From an uncultured Clostridia bacterium (lineage in GTDB: Bacteria; Bacillota; Clostridia; Christensenellales; Borkfalkiaceae), in NCBI GenBank assembly GCA_944372075.1, contig CALVYJ010000131.1, positions 1-63,584 of the forward strand: a stretch of DNA of 63,584 bases, written 5' to 3'. The stretch's first letter is position 1. Each line of letters opens with the position of its first letter. The notes below the pieces were generated by a model. That model made no database searches, had not been told where the DNA came from, and was given only the letters and a program-made list of their open reading frames with translations. Below, in pieces: positions 29,426 to 41,245 of the stretch. The translations under genes and the position numbers were made by a program.

Positions 29426-32400
29426 TTACTTGAAATACCGGACTCCGCTTTCAAACAGTTTCATATCGAAATTCCCGGTGCAGTTTTTGTACAAATTCTC
29501 ACCGACACGTTCCGTATGCCCCATTTTACCGAACACTCTTCCATCCGGCGAAGTAATCCCCTCAACCGCCCACGCTGAGCCGTTCGGATTGTATGGATAC
29601 GCCATAGTCGGTTTGCCGGACGCATCACAATACTGGGTCGCTATCTGCCCCGCACTCGCTAATTTTTCAAGCTCTGCGATCGGCGCAACGATTCTGCCCT
29701 CTCCATGTGAAACGGGAACCGTAAAGACGTCGCCTACGTTGCAAGCAGACAGCCACGGCGATTTGTTCGAAGCGACGCGAATGTCTACCAGCGTCGAAAC
29801 GTGTCTGGCGATCGTATTGTACGTAAGCGTCGGACTTTGTGCCGTCAGCGGAACGATCGTTCCATACGGTACCAATCCCAATTTTATTAACGCCTGAAAT
29901 CCGTTGCAAATTCCCAGGATCAGACCGTCGCGTTCATTCAATAACTTCATTAACTGTTCGGCGATTCTAGGATTGCGGAAGGTTGTTGCAATAAACTTAC
30001 CGCTGCCATCCGGTTCATCGCCGCCCGAAAATCCTCCCGGAAACGCGACGATATTCGCATGAGCTATTGCGGCAGAAATGGCTTTCACGCTCTCCTCAAT
30101 ATCCGCAGCACTTCGGTTCTTGACGACCACAACTTCGCTTTCCGCCCCTGCAAGACGGAATTTGCGAGCCGTATCCAATTCGCAGTTGGTGCCGGGAAAT
30201 ACAGGTATAAATACGCGAGGTTTCGCCACTTTTGTCGCAATGTTGGAATAGTGTGACTTTTCGCAATAATCCACATCATGAGCATTGCCTATTGCAGTCG
30301 CTTGATTTGCAAAAACGCCGTTCAATGTCCCGGTAAATGCCGCTTCCGCCTCCGCGACAGAAATTGATTCCGTATCATAAACAAAAGCATCGGCCGTCGT
30401 TTCACCAATACAGATTTTTGTACAACGCAACGCCTCCGGATCTCGCAACGATACTAAAATTTCACCATAATGTTCCGATAACAAGCAATCCCCGTCGCCA
30501 TTGAACTTAAAGCCCAATCCGTTGCCTAAACAAGACTTCACTACCGCCGAGGCGATGCCTCCGTTCTCAACGACCGTCGCAAACGTTATATTTCCGGAAA
30601 GAATGTTGCGATGTATTTCACGATACATATCCGACAGTTCCTTGAAATTCGGAATTTGACAACTGTCTTTATGCATGGGGATCCAATATAATTTTTCACC
30701 GGTGCTCGTCAAAACATTCGTAATCAATTCACTCGCTTTCGCGGGCGCCAAGGCAAAAGAAATCAATGTAGGCGGAACATCGATCGTTTCAAACGTACCG
30801 CTCATACTGTCTTTCCCGCCGATCGCACCCAACCCCAGCGAAATTTGCGCATACAATGCACCCAACAACGCAGACAAAGGTACTCCCCAGCGTTTCGGGT
30901 CTTTTCCCAGCCGCATGAAAAACTCTTGGAACGTAAGGCGGATTTCATCGTAATCGCAACCGCTCGCAATCAACTTTGCAATCGACGTTACGATGCTGTA
31001 AATTGCGCCGGTAAAAGGACTGCTGCTCATTAAATCAGCACAATACCCATATGCCGAAACCGTAGCGACATCCGTCTCTCCGCCGCATATTTTCGCAGCC
31101 ATTGCGATCGCCGGGGTTAGCTGTTTTTTTCCTCCGAACGGCATATACACGCTGCGCGCTCCAATGGTTGAGTCGAACATCTCCGAAAGACCTTTCTTTG
31201 AGCAGACGTTCAATGCGCTTAAATTGGATAAAAGTCCTTCACGGAACTGTTTATGTTTGAGCGAAAAATACGGAGTAATGTTATCTTCAATATTCGCAGA
31301 GATTATTTGCTTCACGCCGTTGGTATCCAGAAAGTCACGCGAAATATCTACAATCGCTCTGCCTTTGAATACCATTTTCATTCGCCGATCATCGGTCACC
31401 ACAGCAACCGGCGTTGCCGAAAGATTTTCCTGCGCAGCCAGCCGGATGAACTCTGCTTCATCCTTCGCATCGATGACAACCGCCATGCGCTCCTGCGACT
31501 CCGAGATAGCCAATTCCGTTCCGGAAAGTCCTTCGTATTTAAGAGGCACTTTGTCCAGATCGATCACCAACCCGTCTGCCAGCTCACCGATCGCAACGGA
31601 CACGCCGCCGGCTCCGAAGTCGTTGCATTTTTTGATCTTTCTCGTGACATCACGATTCAAAAACAATCTCTGCAACTTGCGCTCGGTCAAGGGATTTCCT
31701 TTCTGCACCTCTGCTCCGCACGTTTCCACCGAATGCGAATCGTGCGCCTTGGAAGATCCCGTAGCGCCACCGCAGCCATCGCGCCCCGTTTCTCCGCCCA
31801 ATAGGAGAATAACGTCTCCCTTTTTCGGTTTCTCACGATAGACCATATCTCTGCGCGCGCCGCCAACGACAAATCCCGTTTCCAAACGCTTCGCCTTGTA
31901 ACCGGGATGATATACTTCGTCGACAATGCCCGTAGCCAGTCCGATTTGGTTTCCGTATGAGGAAAAACCTGCCGCAGCCGTCTTGGTTATGACTCGCTGC
32001 GGAAGTTTTCCCGGCAACGTGTCTTCGATTTTTTCCCGAGGATCGGCACTGCCCGTAATGCGCATCGCCTGATATACATACGTTCTGCCGGATAAAGGAT
32101 CTCGTATCGCACCGCCCAAACAAGTCGCAGCACCGCCAAACGGCTCTATTTCCGTCGGATGGTTATGCGTCTCGTTCTTAAACATGACAAGATATTTTTC
32201 GATCTTTCCGTCAATTTCAGCATCGATGCAAATGGAGCAGGCATTGATCTCGTCCGATATGTCCAAGTTGTCCAGACGGCCTTCCTTCTTCAGTTTCTTC
32301 ACCGCAATTGTGGCAATATCCATCAAACAAGGATACTTGTCCGCCCTCGAGGAATTAAATTCCTTATACAGATCTTGGTATAAATTATACGCTTTTTGAA

Positions 32401-33121
32401 TGTGAACGTTGTCCGAATGAATCGTTACATCCTTTATTTCCGTGGAAAATGTAGTATGCCGACAATGATCCGACCAATACGTATCGATCACTTTGACTTC
32501 CGTTTCCGTCGGATTTCTGCCCTCTTGTTTGAAATAATCGCGTACAAAAATCAAATCTTCCACGCTCATTGCAAAGCCGTTATGCTTATGATATTGAGCA
32601 ATTTGATTGACGCTCATATCTATGAAACCAGCTACTTCCGCCACGTCGTGCGTCTGCATTTTTGCACGAACCAACGTCTTGGGCTTTTCCAACGAAACTT
32701 CCGAACATTCGACCGGATTGATCAAATGATGTTTAATGCGCTCCAACTCCCTGTCCGTCACGCCCTTCACGGCAATGATTCGCGCACATTTGATCAGCGG
32801 GCGATTCTTTTGCGTCAATAACTGTACGCACTGCGCGGCACTGTCTGCCCGCTGATCGTACTGCCCGTCTAAAAAAGCTATCGCAAAGACCTTATATTCT
32901 TCCCCAAGGTCGATCGACTCGCGGTACACGTTATCCACAGGAGGCTCCGAAAAGACATTCGTGATTGCACCCTCCAATTCCTCCGGGTTGAGTCCTTCAA
33001 CGTCGTAGCGCAATATCTCCCGAACATCTGCAACGCCGATCCCTAATTGAGTCTCGATATCGTCTCGTATCTTTTTTGCCTGCAAATTTTCCTTCTTTTC
33101 AACAAAAATCCTATATATCAT
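29426..33121 (-). CDS. purL: phosphoribosylformylglycinamidine synthase (large fused clostridial type)
   Basis: WSDHCRH, ETHNHPTEIEPF, DFGAGG, SESQERM, glutaminase PGGFSGGD, GICNGFQ, MGHTER. Confidence 0.96.
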   Translation of the reverse strand: MIYRIFVEKKENLQAKKIRDDIETQLGIGVADVREILRYDVEGLNPEELEGAITNVFSEPPVDNVYRESIDLGEEYKVFAIAFLDGQYDQRADSAAQCVQLLTQKNRPLIKCARIIAVKGVTDRELERIKHHLINPVECSEVSLEKPKTLVRAKMQTHDVAEVAGFIDMSVNQIAQYHKHNGFAMSVEDLIFVRDYFKQEGRNPTETEVKVIDTYWSDHCRHTTFSTEIKDVTIHSDNVHIQKAYNLYQDLYKEFNSSRADKYPCLMDIATIAVKKLKKEGRLDNLDISDEINACSICIDAEIDGKIEKYLVMFKNETHNHPTEIEPFGGAATCLGGAIRDPLSGRTYVYQAMRITGSADPREKIEDTLPGKLPQRVITKTAAAGFSSYGNQIGLATGIVDEVYHPGYKAKRLETGFVVGGARRDMVYREKPKKGDVILLLGGETGRDGCGGATGSSKAHDSHSVETCGAEVQKGNPLTERKLQRLFLNRDVTRKIKKCNDFGAGGVSVAIGELADGLVIDLDKVPLKYEGLSGTELAISESQERMAVVIDAKDEAEFIRLAAQENLSATPVAVVTDDRRMKMVFKGRAIVDISRDFLDTNGVKQIISANIEDNITPYFSLKHKQFREGLLSNLSALNVCSKKGLSEMFDSTIGARSVYMPFGGKKQLTPAIAMAAKICGGETDVATVSAYGYCADLMSSSPFTGAIYSIVTSIAKLIASGCDYDEIRLTFQEFFMRLGKDPKRWGVPLSALLGALYAQISLGLGAIGGKDSMSGTFETIDVPPTLISFALAPAKASELITNVLTSTGEKLYWIPMHKDSCQIPNFKELSDMYREIHRNILSGNITFATVVENGGIASAVVKSCLGNGLGFKFNGDGDCLLSEHYGEILVSLRDPEALRCTKICIGETTADAFVYDTESISVAEAEAAFTGTLNGVFANQATAIGNAHDVDYCEKSHYSNIATKVAKPRVFIPVFPGTNCELDTARKFRLAGAESEVVVVKNRSAADIEESVKAISAAIAHANIVAFPGGFSGGDEPDGSGKFIATTFRNPRIAEQLMKLLNERDGLILGICNGFQALIKLGLVPYGTIVPLTAQSPTLTYNTIARHVSTLVDIRVASNKSPWLSACNVGDVFTVPVSHGEGRIVAPIAELEKLASAGQIATQYCDASGKPTMAYPYNPNGSAWAVEGITSPDGRVFGKMGHTERVGENLYKNCTGNFDMKLFESGVRYFK

Positions 33122-33129
33122 CGCGATTT

Positions 33130-34416
33130 TTATTCCTCTGCGTTGTATTTAATTCCGATATCTTTGCGATATTGCATCCCTTCAAACGATATCTTTTCTG
33201 CATTCCGATATGCTTTTTCGCGCGCTTCTTTGACCGTTTTTCCTTTCGCGCATACGCCTAAAACTCGTCCGCCGCTCGTCTTGAGAATTCCGTTTTCATT
33301 CGTTGTCCCCGCATGATAAAGCAGAATGTCTTGATCCAATTCACCGATCGTGATTGATTTTCCCTTTGCATACTTCTGCGGATAACCGCCGCTGGCAAGA
33401 ATTACGCATACACAAGCGCCCTCCTCCCATTCGATTTTTATATCCGCCAATCTCTCGTCTGTTATCGCTTGGAAAATTTCCATCAAATCCGTCTTTAACA
33501 TGGGCAATACGACTTGCGTTTCCGGATCTCCGAATCGCGCATTGTATTCCACGACTTTCATACCGTCCGGCGTACGCATCAACCCGAAATACAATACGCC
33601 CTTAAACGGCCTGCCTTCCGCATTCATTGCACGCACGGTAGGCAGTAAAATTTTATCCTTTACTTCCTGCGCAATTTCTTCCGTATAAAACGGGCAGGGC
33701 GTAAATGTTCCCATTCCGCCCGTGTTCAAGCCGCGATCCCCGTCCATTGCACGCTTATGATCGCAACTGGGAATCATCGGAACAATCGTTTTTCCGTCGG
33801 TAAACGTCAAGACGGAAACCTCTTCTCCGGGCGTAAATTCTTTTCCCGTAAGGTACTCTTCGATCACGATTTTATTGCCTGCCGCCCCAAAAGCCTTATC
33901 ACACATGATTTGTTGCAATCCGTCGGTTGCCTGTTGAAGATTCTCACAGATCAACACGCCTTTGCCCAATGCAAGACCGTCCGCTTTCAAAACGAGAGGG
34001 AATTTTGATTTCTCTATATACCGAAGCGCCTGCTCATAGTCGTCGAAAATTTCATACGCCGCCGTAGGTATACCGTATTTTTTCATCAGCATCTTCGCAA
34101 ATGCCTTGCTCGACTCGATTTCTGCCGCGCGCTTATTCGGCCCGAACACCCGATGCCCGCGCTTCTCCAGTTCATCCGCAAGCCCCAATGCCAAAGGGTC
34201 ATCCGGCGCAATCACCGTATATTCAACGTCGGTATGCGCATCGACCCAATCGCCGACCGCCTCTAAATTACAATAATCCACATCTACGCATTCGGCAAGT
34301 TGAGCAATGCCCGCATTCCCTTTCATGCAATAAATTTTATCTACCGACGGACTTTTTGCCAACGCCGCTATGATTGCATGCTCTCTGCCACCGTTGCCGA
34401 TCACCAAAACATTCAT
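33130..34416 (-). CDS. purD: phosphoribosylamine-glycine ligase
   Basis: GNGGREHA, KADGLALGKGV, NTGGMG, EYNARFGDPETQ. Confidence 0.97.
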   Translation of the reverse strand: MNVLVIGNGGREHAIIAALAKSPSVDKIYCMKGNAGIAQLAECVDVDYCNLEAVGDWVDAHTDVEYTVIAPDDPLALGLADELEKRGHRVFGPNKRAAEIESSKAFAKMLMKKYGIPTAAYEIFDDYEQALRYIEKSKFPLVLKADGLALGKGVLICENLQQATDGLQQIMCDKAFGAAGNKIVIEEYLTGKEFTPGEEVSVLTFTDGKTIVPMIPSCDHKRAMDGDRGLNTGGMGTFTPCPFYTEEIAQEVKDKILLPTVRAMNAEGRPFKGVLYFGLMRTPDGMKVVEYNARFGDPETQVVLPMLKTDLMEIFQAITDERLADIKIEWEEGACVCVILASGGYPQKYAKGKSITIGELDQDILLYHAGTTNENGILKTSGGRVLGVCAKGKTVKEAREKAYRNAEKISFEGMQYRKDIGIKYNAEE

Positions 34417-34437
34417 ATTTGAACTCCCGAATACTCC

Positions 34438-35622
34438 TCAATGATGGAACAGCCGCATTCCCGTAAACGCCATTACCATGTTATATTTATCGCACGCTTC
34501 AATCACCAAATCATCCCGTACGGATCCGCCCGGTTGCGCGACATACGAAACGCCGCTCTTTTTCGCCCGTTCAATATTGTCGGAGAACGGGAAAAACGCA
34601 TCGCTGCCGAGCGACACTCCGCTGATATGCGATAAATATTCCTTCTGCTCGGATTTTGTAAACGGTTCAGGCCTTACGGCAAAGAATTTTTTCCAAACGT
34701 CATCCCCGAGTACATCCTCGCATTCATCCGACAAATAAATATCAATAATATTATTTTTATCCGGTCTGCCGACTCCGTCGGCAAATTTTAAGCCGAGCAC
34801 TTTATCGCTTTGACGCAAATGCCATAAATCCGCTTTCGTCCCCGCAAGCCTCGTACAATGAATGCGCGATTGCTGCCCCGCACCGACACCGATAGCCTGT
34901 CCGTCTACGGCAAAACACACGGAATTCGACTGCGTATACTTGAGCGTAATGAGCGAAATGATCAAATCAATCTTCGCATCATCCGGCAAATTTTTGTTTT
35001 TCGTTACCAGGTTTTTCAGCAAATCCGCATCGATCTTAAATTCATTCCTGCCCTGTTCAAACGTCACGCCGTATACCTGCTTGCGCTCAACCGGATCCGG
35101 CATATAATCTTTATCGATTTTGACAATATTATAAGCACCCTTTCTCTTCGCTTTTAATATTTCCAGCGCCTTCGGCGTATAACCCGGAGCAATAATCCCG
35201 TCGGATACTTCGCGCGCTATGATTTTTGCCGTTACCTCGTCGCATTCGTCCGAAAGAGCAATCCAATCTCCGAACGAGGACATTCTGTCCGTTCCGCGCG
35301 CACGGGCATATGCGCATGCCAACGCTGAATCGTCTAACCCTTCAATATCATCGACGAAGCAGGATTTCTTCAAACGATCCGATAACTTTTTCCCTATAGC
35401 CGCACTCGTCGGACTTACATGCTTGAAAGATGTCGCCGCTACCTGACCGGTACTTTTGCGAATTTCTTTGACAAGCTGCCAACTGTTAAAAGCATCTAAA
35501 AAATTGATGTATCCGGGTTTACCGTTCAATATTTCGATCGGAAGTTCTTTTCCGTTCTCCATAAAAATACGAGACGGCTTTTGATTCGGATTGCAGCCAT
35601 ACTTTAATTGAAATTCTTTCAT
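34438..35622 (-). CDS. purH: AICAR formyltransferase (PurH C-terminal domain only)
   Basis: Starts LKYGCNPNQ; SFKHVSP, QSNS, GAGQQSRIHC, SDAFFPF, MRLFHH; no IMPCH domain. Confidence 0.9.
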   Translation of the reverse strand: MKEFQLKYGCNPNQKPSRIFMENGKELPIEILNGKPGYINFLDAFNSWQLVKEIRKSTGQVAATSFKHVSPTSAAIGKKLSDRLKKSCFVDDIEGLDDSALACAYARARGTDRMSSFGDWIALSDECDEVTAKIIAREVSDGIIAPGYTPKALEILKAKRKGAYNIVKIDKDYMPDPVERKQVYGVTFEQGRNEFKIDADLLKNLVTKNKNLPDDAKIDLIISLITLKYTQSNSVCFAVDGQAIGVGAGQQSRIHCTRLAGTKADLWHLRQSDKVLGLKFADGVGRPDKNNIIDIYLSDECEDVLGDDVWKKFFAVRPEPFTKSEQKEYLSHISGVSLGSDAFFPFSDNIERAKKSGVSYVAQPGGSVRDDLVIEACDKYNMVMAFTGMRLFHH

Positions 35623-36353
35623 CGATTCTTTCCTCCTTCGTTTTTATTGATCAATACCTTTTCGTATTCGCCGCTAGAAAGATCCGTATAGCGAACATAT
35701 AGCGAAATTTTATTGTTTTCGTCCAAATTTCCCCAAAGTTTCTGCGCAAACGCATGTATATCGTTCGGTATCTTTACACGTTCCGGTTCTCCTGTAAAAG
35801 TGGGGATCGGATTTCCGTCGCAATTATACGTATGAATAAAATGACCCAAACCATTTAACGCTGTATATGAAAAAGTATAGCGATTGCATGCACTGCCGCA
35901 TTCATCGGCACTTTTCAATATACTCAGTTTATACGTGAAATCATACTCTGCAAAATATAATATTCCGCTGATTCTGGGCGTAAAATTCGGGGCATCCGGT
36001 TCAAAACAACGCGTCTCTAATGCCTGTTCAAACGTTTTTCCTTCCTGCAAATAATTATAAATCGTATCCGTTTGATCTCCGTTCGTCACGATCACGCTGT
36101 TGTGATGTTTGCGCACGGGAGAATAAATAATCAAAGAAGGATCTTTTACCTTACTTTCATCATACGGATAGATCGTAACCGCATCGCCCTCTTCCCGAAA
36201 AACGCGGTTGCGGCTGTTTTCACTTCTTCCCATAATGAAATACGCAAACGCCGCCTTTTTCCCGTCTTCACTTTTCCCGATCACGATCCCGCGACCGACA
36301 TAACTGTTCCCTTTCACCAGCGCATCAATATCCGATACCGAATAAATATTCAT
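35619..36353 (-). CDS. PurO-like IMP cyclohydrolase
   Basis: YVGRGI, YFIMGRSENSRNR, NGDQTD, EPDAPNFTPRISG, HTY; directly upstream of the transformylase. Confidence 0.85.
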   Translation of the reverse strand: MNIYSVSDIDALVKGNSYVGRGIVIGKSEDGKKAAFAYFIMGRSENSRNRVFREEGDAVTIYPYDESKVKDPSLIIYSPVRKHHNSVIVTNGDQTDTIYNYLQEGKTFEQALETRCFEPDAPNFTPRISGILYFAEYDFTYKLSILKSADECGSACNRYTFSYTALNGLGHFIHTYNCDGNPIPTFTGEPERVKIPNDIHAFAQKLWGNLDENNKISLYVRYTDLSSGEYEKVLINKNEGGKNR

Positions 36354-36458
36354 ACATACTCCGTTTTTTAATTTTTTTATCGTATTCGACATCAACAAGA
36401 CATCGATTTTACTTTACAAAAATGGACTTACAATTTTTATGTAAACAGGCAAACACCC

Positions 36459-37076
36459 TCATTCCAAAATTTTGACACTGCGGCCGTTCTTTACAATTTT
36501 GCCCGTCGTAAGCAAGCGGACTGCGTACGGCAAAGCGCGATGTTCCTCCTCCAAAATACGAGCTTGCAGTGATTCAGGCGTATCCTCCTCCATGACCGGT
36601 ACAGCTCGTTGCAAGACTATCGCACCGCTATCGTATTGCTCGTCGACAAAATGAATTGTCAACCCGGACAGTTTCACCCCGTATTCAATCGCCGCGCGAT
36701 GCACGTTGATCCCATAAAACCCCTTTCCGCAAAAGGACGGAATCAAGGAAGGGTGAATATTGATGATACGATCGGGATAAGCGCGGATAAAATTCGAAGG
36801 CACCATCGACAAATAACCTGCCAACACGATATAATCGATTTGCTTTTCGCGACATGCCTCAATCAACGCGCTTCCCATTTCTTCCGCGGAAGCATATTTG
36901 TTCTTAGAGCAGATTATGCTTGCGATTCCATATTTTTTCGCCCGTTCAATCGCGAAAATATCCGGCTTGGAAGCGACCAGTAAAGCGATTTCACAAAATT
37001 TATCCCTGTCGTTTGCATCGATGATCGATTGAAAATCACTGCCCGACCCGCTTGCAAACACCGCAATCCGTTTCAC
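36459..37076 (-). CDS. purN: phosphoribosylglycinamide formyltransferase
   Basis: [27 protein letters not shown]. Confidence 0.96.
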   Translation of the reverse strand: MKRIAVFASGSGSDFQSIIDANDRDKFCEIALLVASKPDIFAIERAKKYGIASIICSKNKYASAEEMGSALIEACREKQIDYIVLAGYLSMVPSNFIRAYPDRIINIHPSLIPSFCGKGFYGINVHRAAIEYGVKLSGLTIHFVDEQYDSGAIVLQRAVPVMEEDTPESLQARILEEEHRALPYAVRLLTTGKIVKNGRSVKILE

Positions 37077-38101
37077 TGAAGTTCTACCCCTTTGCCTTGA
37101 ATTGTTTCGCCGATCAAATAAGCCTTTTCTCCCGTCAACTCTAATATCTTAATCGCAGTCTGCACGTCTTCCTTTTCAACACAGACCACCATACCGATAC
37201 CCATGTTGAACGTATTGTAAATCTGACGATCTGCCGTTCCGGATTTTTCTTGCATGATCTTAAAAATTTCCGGCAACGGATAGGAATCTTTTTGAATTCT
37301 GCAACCGATCCCTTCCGGGAAGATGCGGGGAATATTTTCAATAAAACCGCCGCCCGTAATATGCGCGATACCCTTGACATGCACCTTGGATATTAAGTTC
37401 AAAATGCTCTTTACATATATTTTCGTAGGCGTCAGAAGAACGTTTAATACTTTATCTTTCAAGCGATCGTCGTATCGATCCAAATCATGCGAATTGAGAT
37501 TATCGCCAAATAATTTGCGAACAAGCGAGTAACCGTTAGAATGTATCCCGCTGGATGCTAGGCCGATCAAAGCATCCCCCTCTCGGATTTGTTTCCCGTT
37601 GATGATATCCTTTTTATCGACAATTCCGACAGCAAACCCGGCAATATCGTATTCGCCATCCGGATAAAAACCGGGCATTTCAGCCGTTTCGCCGCCGATC
37701 AATGCGCACCCGGATTGGCGGCATCCTTCCGCGACTCCCGATACCACAGTCGCCACAGTTTCCGGAGAAAGCTTCCCGGTCGCAAAATAATCCAGAAAAA
37801 ATAAAGGCTTTGCGCCTTGACAAACAATGTCATTGACGCACATTGCAACGGCATCGATGCCGATCGTATCATGCTTATTTGCCAAAAAAGCATATTTCAA
37901 TTTCGTGCCGACCCCGTCAGTTCCCGCCACCAGCACCGGTTCGCCCATTTTCTCACCCGCAATAGAATAAAACCCGCCAAATGAACCCAAATCGCCGAGA
38001 ACATTTTCATTAAACGTCGTCGCCACGTGTTTTTTCATCAACTCAACCGCTTTATAGCCGCGCTCAACGTCTACGCCGCTGTCTTTATAGGAAATCACCA
38101 T
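37073..38101 (-). CDS. purM: AIR synthetase
   Basis: [43 protein letters not shown]. Confidence 0.97.
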   Translation of the reverse strand: MVISYKDSGVDVERGYKAVELMKKHVATTFNENVLGDLGSFGGFYSIAGEKMGEPVLVAGTDGVGTKLKYAFLANKHDTIGIDAVAMCVNDIVCQGAKPLFFLDYFATGKLSPETVATVVSGVAEGCRQSGCALIGGETAEMPGFYPDGEYDIAGFAVGIVDKKDIINGKQIREGDALIGLASSGIHSNGYSLVRKLFGDNLNSHDLDRYDDRLKDKVLNVLLTPTKIYVKSILNLISKVHVKGIAHITGGGFIENIPRIFPEGIGCRIQKDSYPLPEIFKIMQEKSGTADRQIYNTFNMGIGMVVCVEKEDVQTAIKILELTGEKAYLIGETIQGKGVELQ

Positions 38102-38118
38102 TCTTTTTCTCCTCACAA

Positions 38119-39543
38119 TCACTCAAATTTATGCTTATCCGTCTCATAGTCGTCCATCGGATACGGATACCCTGCGTCAAAACAGCCCGTACAAAACTGA
38201 AGTTTTGCCGCGCGGCAGGTTTCTTTTAATTGTTCAACCGTCATATAGGTAAGCGAATCGGCACCGATATAGGCGCAGATTTCTTCAACCGAACGATTTG
38301 CGCCGATCAGCTGCGAATAGGATTGCATATCAATACCTAAATGACACGGATGCCTCACAATCGGTGAACAGATCATCATATGCACTTCTTTTGCACCCGC
38401 ATCCCGAAGCATCTTTACGATCTTGCGACTGGTCGTCCCGCGTACGATCGAGTCGTCAATAATTATTAGACGTTTGCCTCGAATATTGGCGCGCAAGGCA
38501 TTCATCTTTACGCTGACCGAATCCTCTCGCATGTGCTGATCCGGTTGTATAAACGTTCTGCCGACATATCGATTTTTTGCCAGCGCCTCCACATACGGTA
38601 TGCCAGAAATTTCAGAATAACCGCGCGCCGCCACGACCGCAGAATCGGGTACTCCGCTCACAATATCCGCATCGATCGGATAATGCTTCGCTAAAATTCT
38701 TCCGGCTTCTTTCCGCGCCGTGTAAACGCTGCACCCGTCAATGACGCTGTCCGGCCGAGCAAAATATACATATTCAAAGATACAGCTTGCTGTTTTTTCA
38801 GCCTTCTCTAAAAAATGGGAATGTATCCCTTCCGAATCGATTACCAGTACTTCGCTCGGCTGCACATCACGTACCACATTCCCGCCAACGGCATCAATCG
38901 CGCATGTTTCGCTCGCAATGAAAACGTCGTCCAAACATTTTCCCAACACAAGCGGTCGAATCCCGTACGGATCTCGCACAGCGATCAATTTATCCGACGT
39001 CATCACAACGAGCGAAAACGATCCCTTAAATCGACGGCATGCCTCAATGACGCCCTTCACGATATCGCCGTCGCTATACTTGTTGATAAGCAACGCCATT
39101 ACTTCCGAATCGATACTGGTTTGAAACACCGCGTCTCCGCGAATCAGCTCTTCTCGCAATTGCTTGGTATTCGTCAAATTCCCGTTATGCGCCAACGCCA
39201 TCTTGCCGCATTTGCCCGTAAACACGATGGGCTGCGCATTCAACAGAGAACTCGCTCCCGTTGTAGAATACCGCACATGTCCGATCGCAATATCGCCTTC
39301 CGACAACGTTTCTAAATTGCCGTTGGCAAAAACTTCCGGAACCAGTCCCATTCCTTTATAATAGCTGATCTTGTTTGCATACGCCACCGCTATGCCGCAT
39401 GACTCTTGCCCTCGGTGCTGCAGCGCATACAATCCATAATAAGCGGTATGCGCTACGTCGCGCGTTTCGGTGCTGTATACACCAAACACCCCGCACTCTT
39501 CATGCATACCATCGAACGGAGCTTTGCCGTCTCGCAAATACAT
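38119..39543 (-). CDS. purF: amidophosphoribosyltransferase (propeptide, Fe-S type)
   Basis: [31 protein letters not shown]-terminal CTGCF. Confidence 0.97.
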   Translation of the reverse strand: MYLRDGKAPFDGMHEECGVFGVYSTETRDVAHTAYYGLYALQHRGQESCGIAVAYANKISYYKGMGLVPEVFANGNLETLSEGDIAIGHVRYSTTGASSLLNAQPIVFTGKCGKMALAHNGNLTNTKQLREELIRGDAVFQTSIDSEVMALLINKYSDGDIVKGVIEACRRFKGSFSLVVMTSDKLIAVRDPYGIRPLVLGKCLDDVFIASETCAIDAVGGNVVRDVQPSEVLVIDSEGIHSHFLEKAEKTASCIFEYVYFARPDSVIDGCSVYTARKEAGRILAKHYPIDADIVSGVPDSAVVAARGYSEISGIPYVEALAKNRYVGRTFIQPDQHMREDSVSVKMNALRANIRGKRLIIIDDSIVRGTTSRKIVKMLRDAGAKEVHMMICSPIVRHPCHLGIDMQSYSQLIGANRSVEEICAYIGADSLTYMTVEQLKETCRAAKLQFCTGCFDAGYPYPMDDYETDKHKFE

Positions 39544-39557
39544 CGAACAGCCTCCGA

Positions 39558-40265
39558 TTACTTGCCCGTCAAACGTGCAAATACTTCTTTATAGGCATCC
39601 TCAACACCGCCCATATCTCTACGAAAACGATCTTTGTCCAATTTTTCTCCCGTCGTCATATCCCAGAACCGACATGTATCGGGGGAAATTTCATCCGCCA
39701 ATAAAATCTGACCCTTATAACGCCCAAACTCTAATTTGAAGTCGATCAAATCAATGTTCAACGTCTTGAAAAATTCTTTCATAATATCGTTGACTTTGTA
39801 TGCCATATTTTTAATGGTTTCAATCTCTTCCGGCGTAGCCAACTCCATCGCCAAAGCGTGCGAATCGTTGATGAGAGGATCGCCTAAATCATCGTTTTTA
39901 TAGCTGAATTCCAAAACGGTAACCGGCAATTTTTTCCCTTCCGGAACGCCATACCGCTTTGAAAAACTTCCGGCCGCCGTATTCCGAATAATTACCTCAA
40001 GAGGAACAATCTTGACCTTTTTGACCGCCGTTTCACGATCCGAAAGCTCTTCCACATAGTGCGTAGGAATCCCATGCTGTTCCATGATCCGAAACATCAT
40101 ATTGCTCATCTTGTTATTGATAACGCCCTTCCCTGCAATCGTACCCTTTTTTAAGCCGTTAAAAGCCGTGGCATCGTCTTTATAATCAACGATTACAATG
40201 TCCGGATCGTCCGTCGCGAAAACCTTTTTAGCCTTTCCTTCATACAATTGACCAAGTTTTTTCAT
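39558..40265 (-). CDS. purC: SAICAR synthetase
   Basis: [34 protein letters not shown]. Confidence 0.97.
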   Translation of the reverse strand: MKKLGQLYEGKAKKVFATDDPDIVIVDYKDDATAFNGLKKGTIAGKGVINNKMSNMMFRIMEQHGIPTHYVEELSDRETAVKKVKIVPLEVIIRNTAAGSFSKRYGVPEGKKLPVTVLEFSYKNDDLGDPLINDSHALAMELATPEEIETIKNMAYKVNDIMKEFFKTLNIDLIDFKLEFGRYKGQILLADEISPDTCRFWDMTTGEKLDKDRFRRDMGGVEDAYKEVFARLTGK

Positions 40266-40302
40266 AATATATCCTCCAAAATTTTTTACCGAATAAATTT
40301 CA

Positions 40303-40797
40303 TTAAAATTGTAACTCTTGCTGCAACGCCGCATCGTCACTGTTGATCTTTTCCGCCATCGATTTCTTATATTGTCCCAACTTTTCCGCTATAGCAGGAT
40401 ATTTTATACCTAAAATCTGCAACGCCAGCAAACCTGCGTTTTCACCGCCATTGACTCCTACCGTCGCAACCGGAATACCCGTCGGCATCTGTACAATCGA
40501 CAATAAACTATCCAGTCCGCCCATCATATCCGTTTTTACCGGCAACCCGATCACCGGAAGCGTCGTATAAGCCGCAATTACTCCGCCTAAATGCGCTGCT
40601 TTCCCTGCCGCACAAATTATGACCTCGATCCCACGGCTCACCGCTGAAACCGCAAAGTCATGTGCTTCAATCGGTGTTCTGTGCGCAGAAATTACTCGAA
40701 CTTCCACGTCTTCTCCCATTTTCTTTATTACATCTACTGCCGGTTTTACCACCGAAAAATCCGACTTGCTACCCATCAAAATTGCTATTTTTGCCAT
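40303..40797 (-). CDS. purE: N5-CAIR mutase
   Basis: MGSKSD, SAHRTP, AAHL, SIVQMP.GIPVATV. Confidence 0.96.
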   Translation of the reverse strand: MAKIAILMGSKSDFSVVKPAVDVIKKMGEDVEVRVISAHRTPIEAHDFAVSAVSRGIEVIICAAGKAAHLGGVIAAYTTLPVIGLPVKTDMMGGLDSLLSIVQMPTGIPVATVGVNGGENAGLLALQILGIKYPAIAEKLGQYKKSMAEKINSDDAALQQELQF

Positions 40798-40878
40798 TCA
40801 ATACCTCCGCACGGCTAAACCGTGATTTTTTCTGCGTAAAATTTTGCGTTTTGCACATACTCTCCGTGAGGAGTTGGT

Positions 40879-41178
40879 ATGCTTTTGCTCTATATCTTAT
40901 TCGGCGTTTATCTTATTGCCGTAAATATCTATTCTTTTATGCTGGTGCGTTCACAAAAACAAGCTTCCCATGACCGAGATCATACTCCTAAAAACCTCAA
41001 CGGAAAATTGTTGATTTCCGGATTTTTAGGCGGAGCTATCGCCGCATATGCGGCTCTTTTCCTGCTTAAATTTAAGACAGATAATTTGCTCTTAATGATT
41101 ATTCTCCCCATCCTTGCCGTACTCAATATCTATTTGATCATCATACTTTTTCGAAACAGCTTTTTCATTTCGCTTTGA
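40879..41178 (+). CDS. small membrane protein, DUF1294-like
   Basis: YLIAVN, 3 hydrophobic helices, GG.I.A...FKT pattern; SD GAGGAG. Confidence 0.6.
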   Translation: MLLLYILFGVYLIAVNIYSFMLVRSQKQASHDRDHTPKNLNGKLLISGFLGGAIAAYAALFLLKFKTDNLLLMIILPILAVLNIYLIIILFRNSFFISL

Positions 41179-41183
41179 TAAGC

Positions 41184-41233
41184 AAAAAAGACAGGCGCAG
41201 GGTGTGCTAAAACGCACCGTGCGATCCTGTCTT
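41184..41233 (-). terminator. intrinsic terminator
   Basis: AAGACAGG...CCTGTCTT extended stem with a U-tract on the minus strand. Confidence 0.7.
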
Positions 41234-41245
41234 ACGGTAATTTAA

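Noticed and set aside
31164-31841. Long antisense ORFs inside purL (similar ones inside copA, fbp and purF)
   Set aside because: Typical antisense shadows of real genes, with no SD or motifs.
33820-33855. Short insertion in PurD (YLTGKEFTPGEEVS)
   Set aside because: In-frame loop variation; catalytic motifs are intact.
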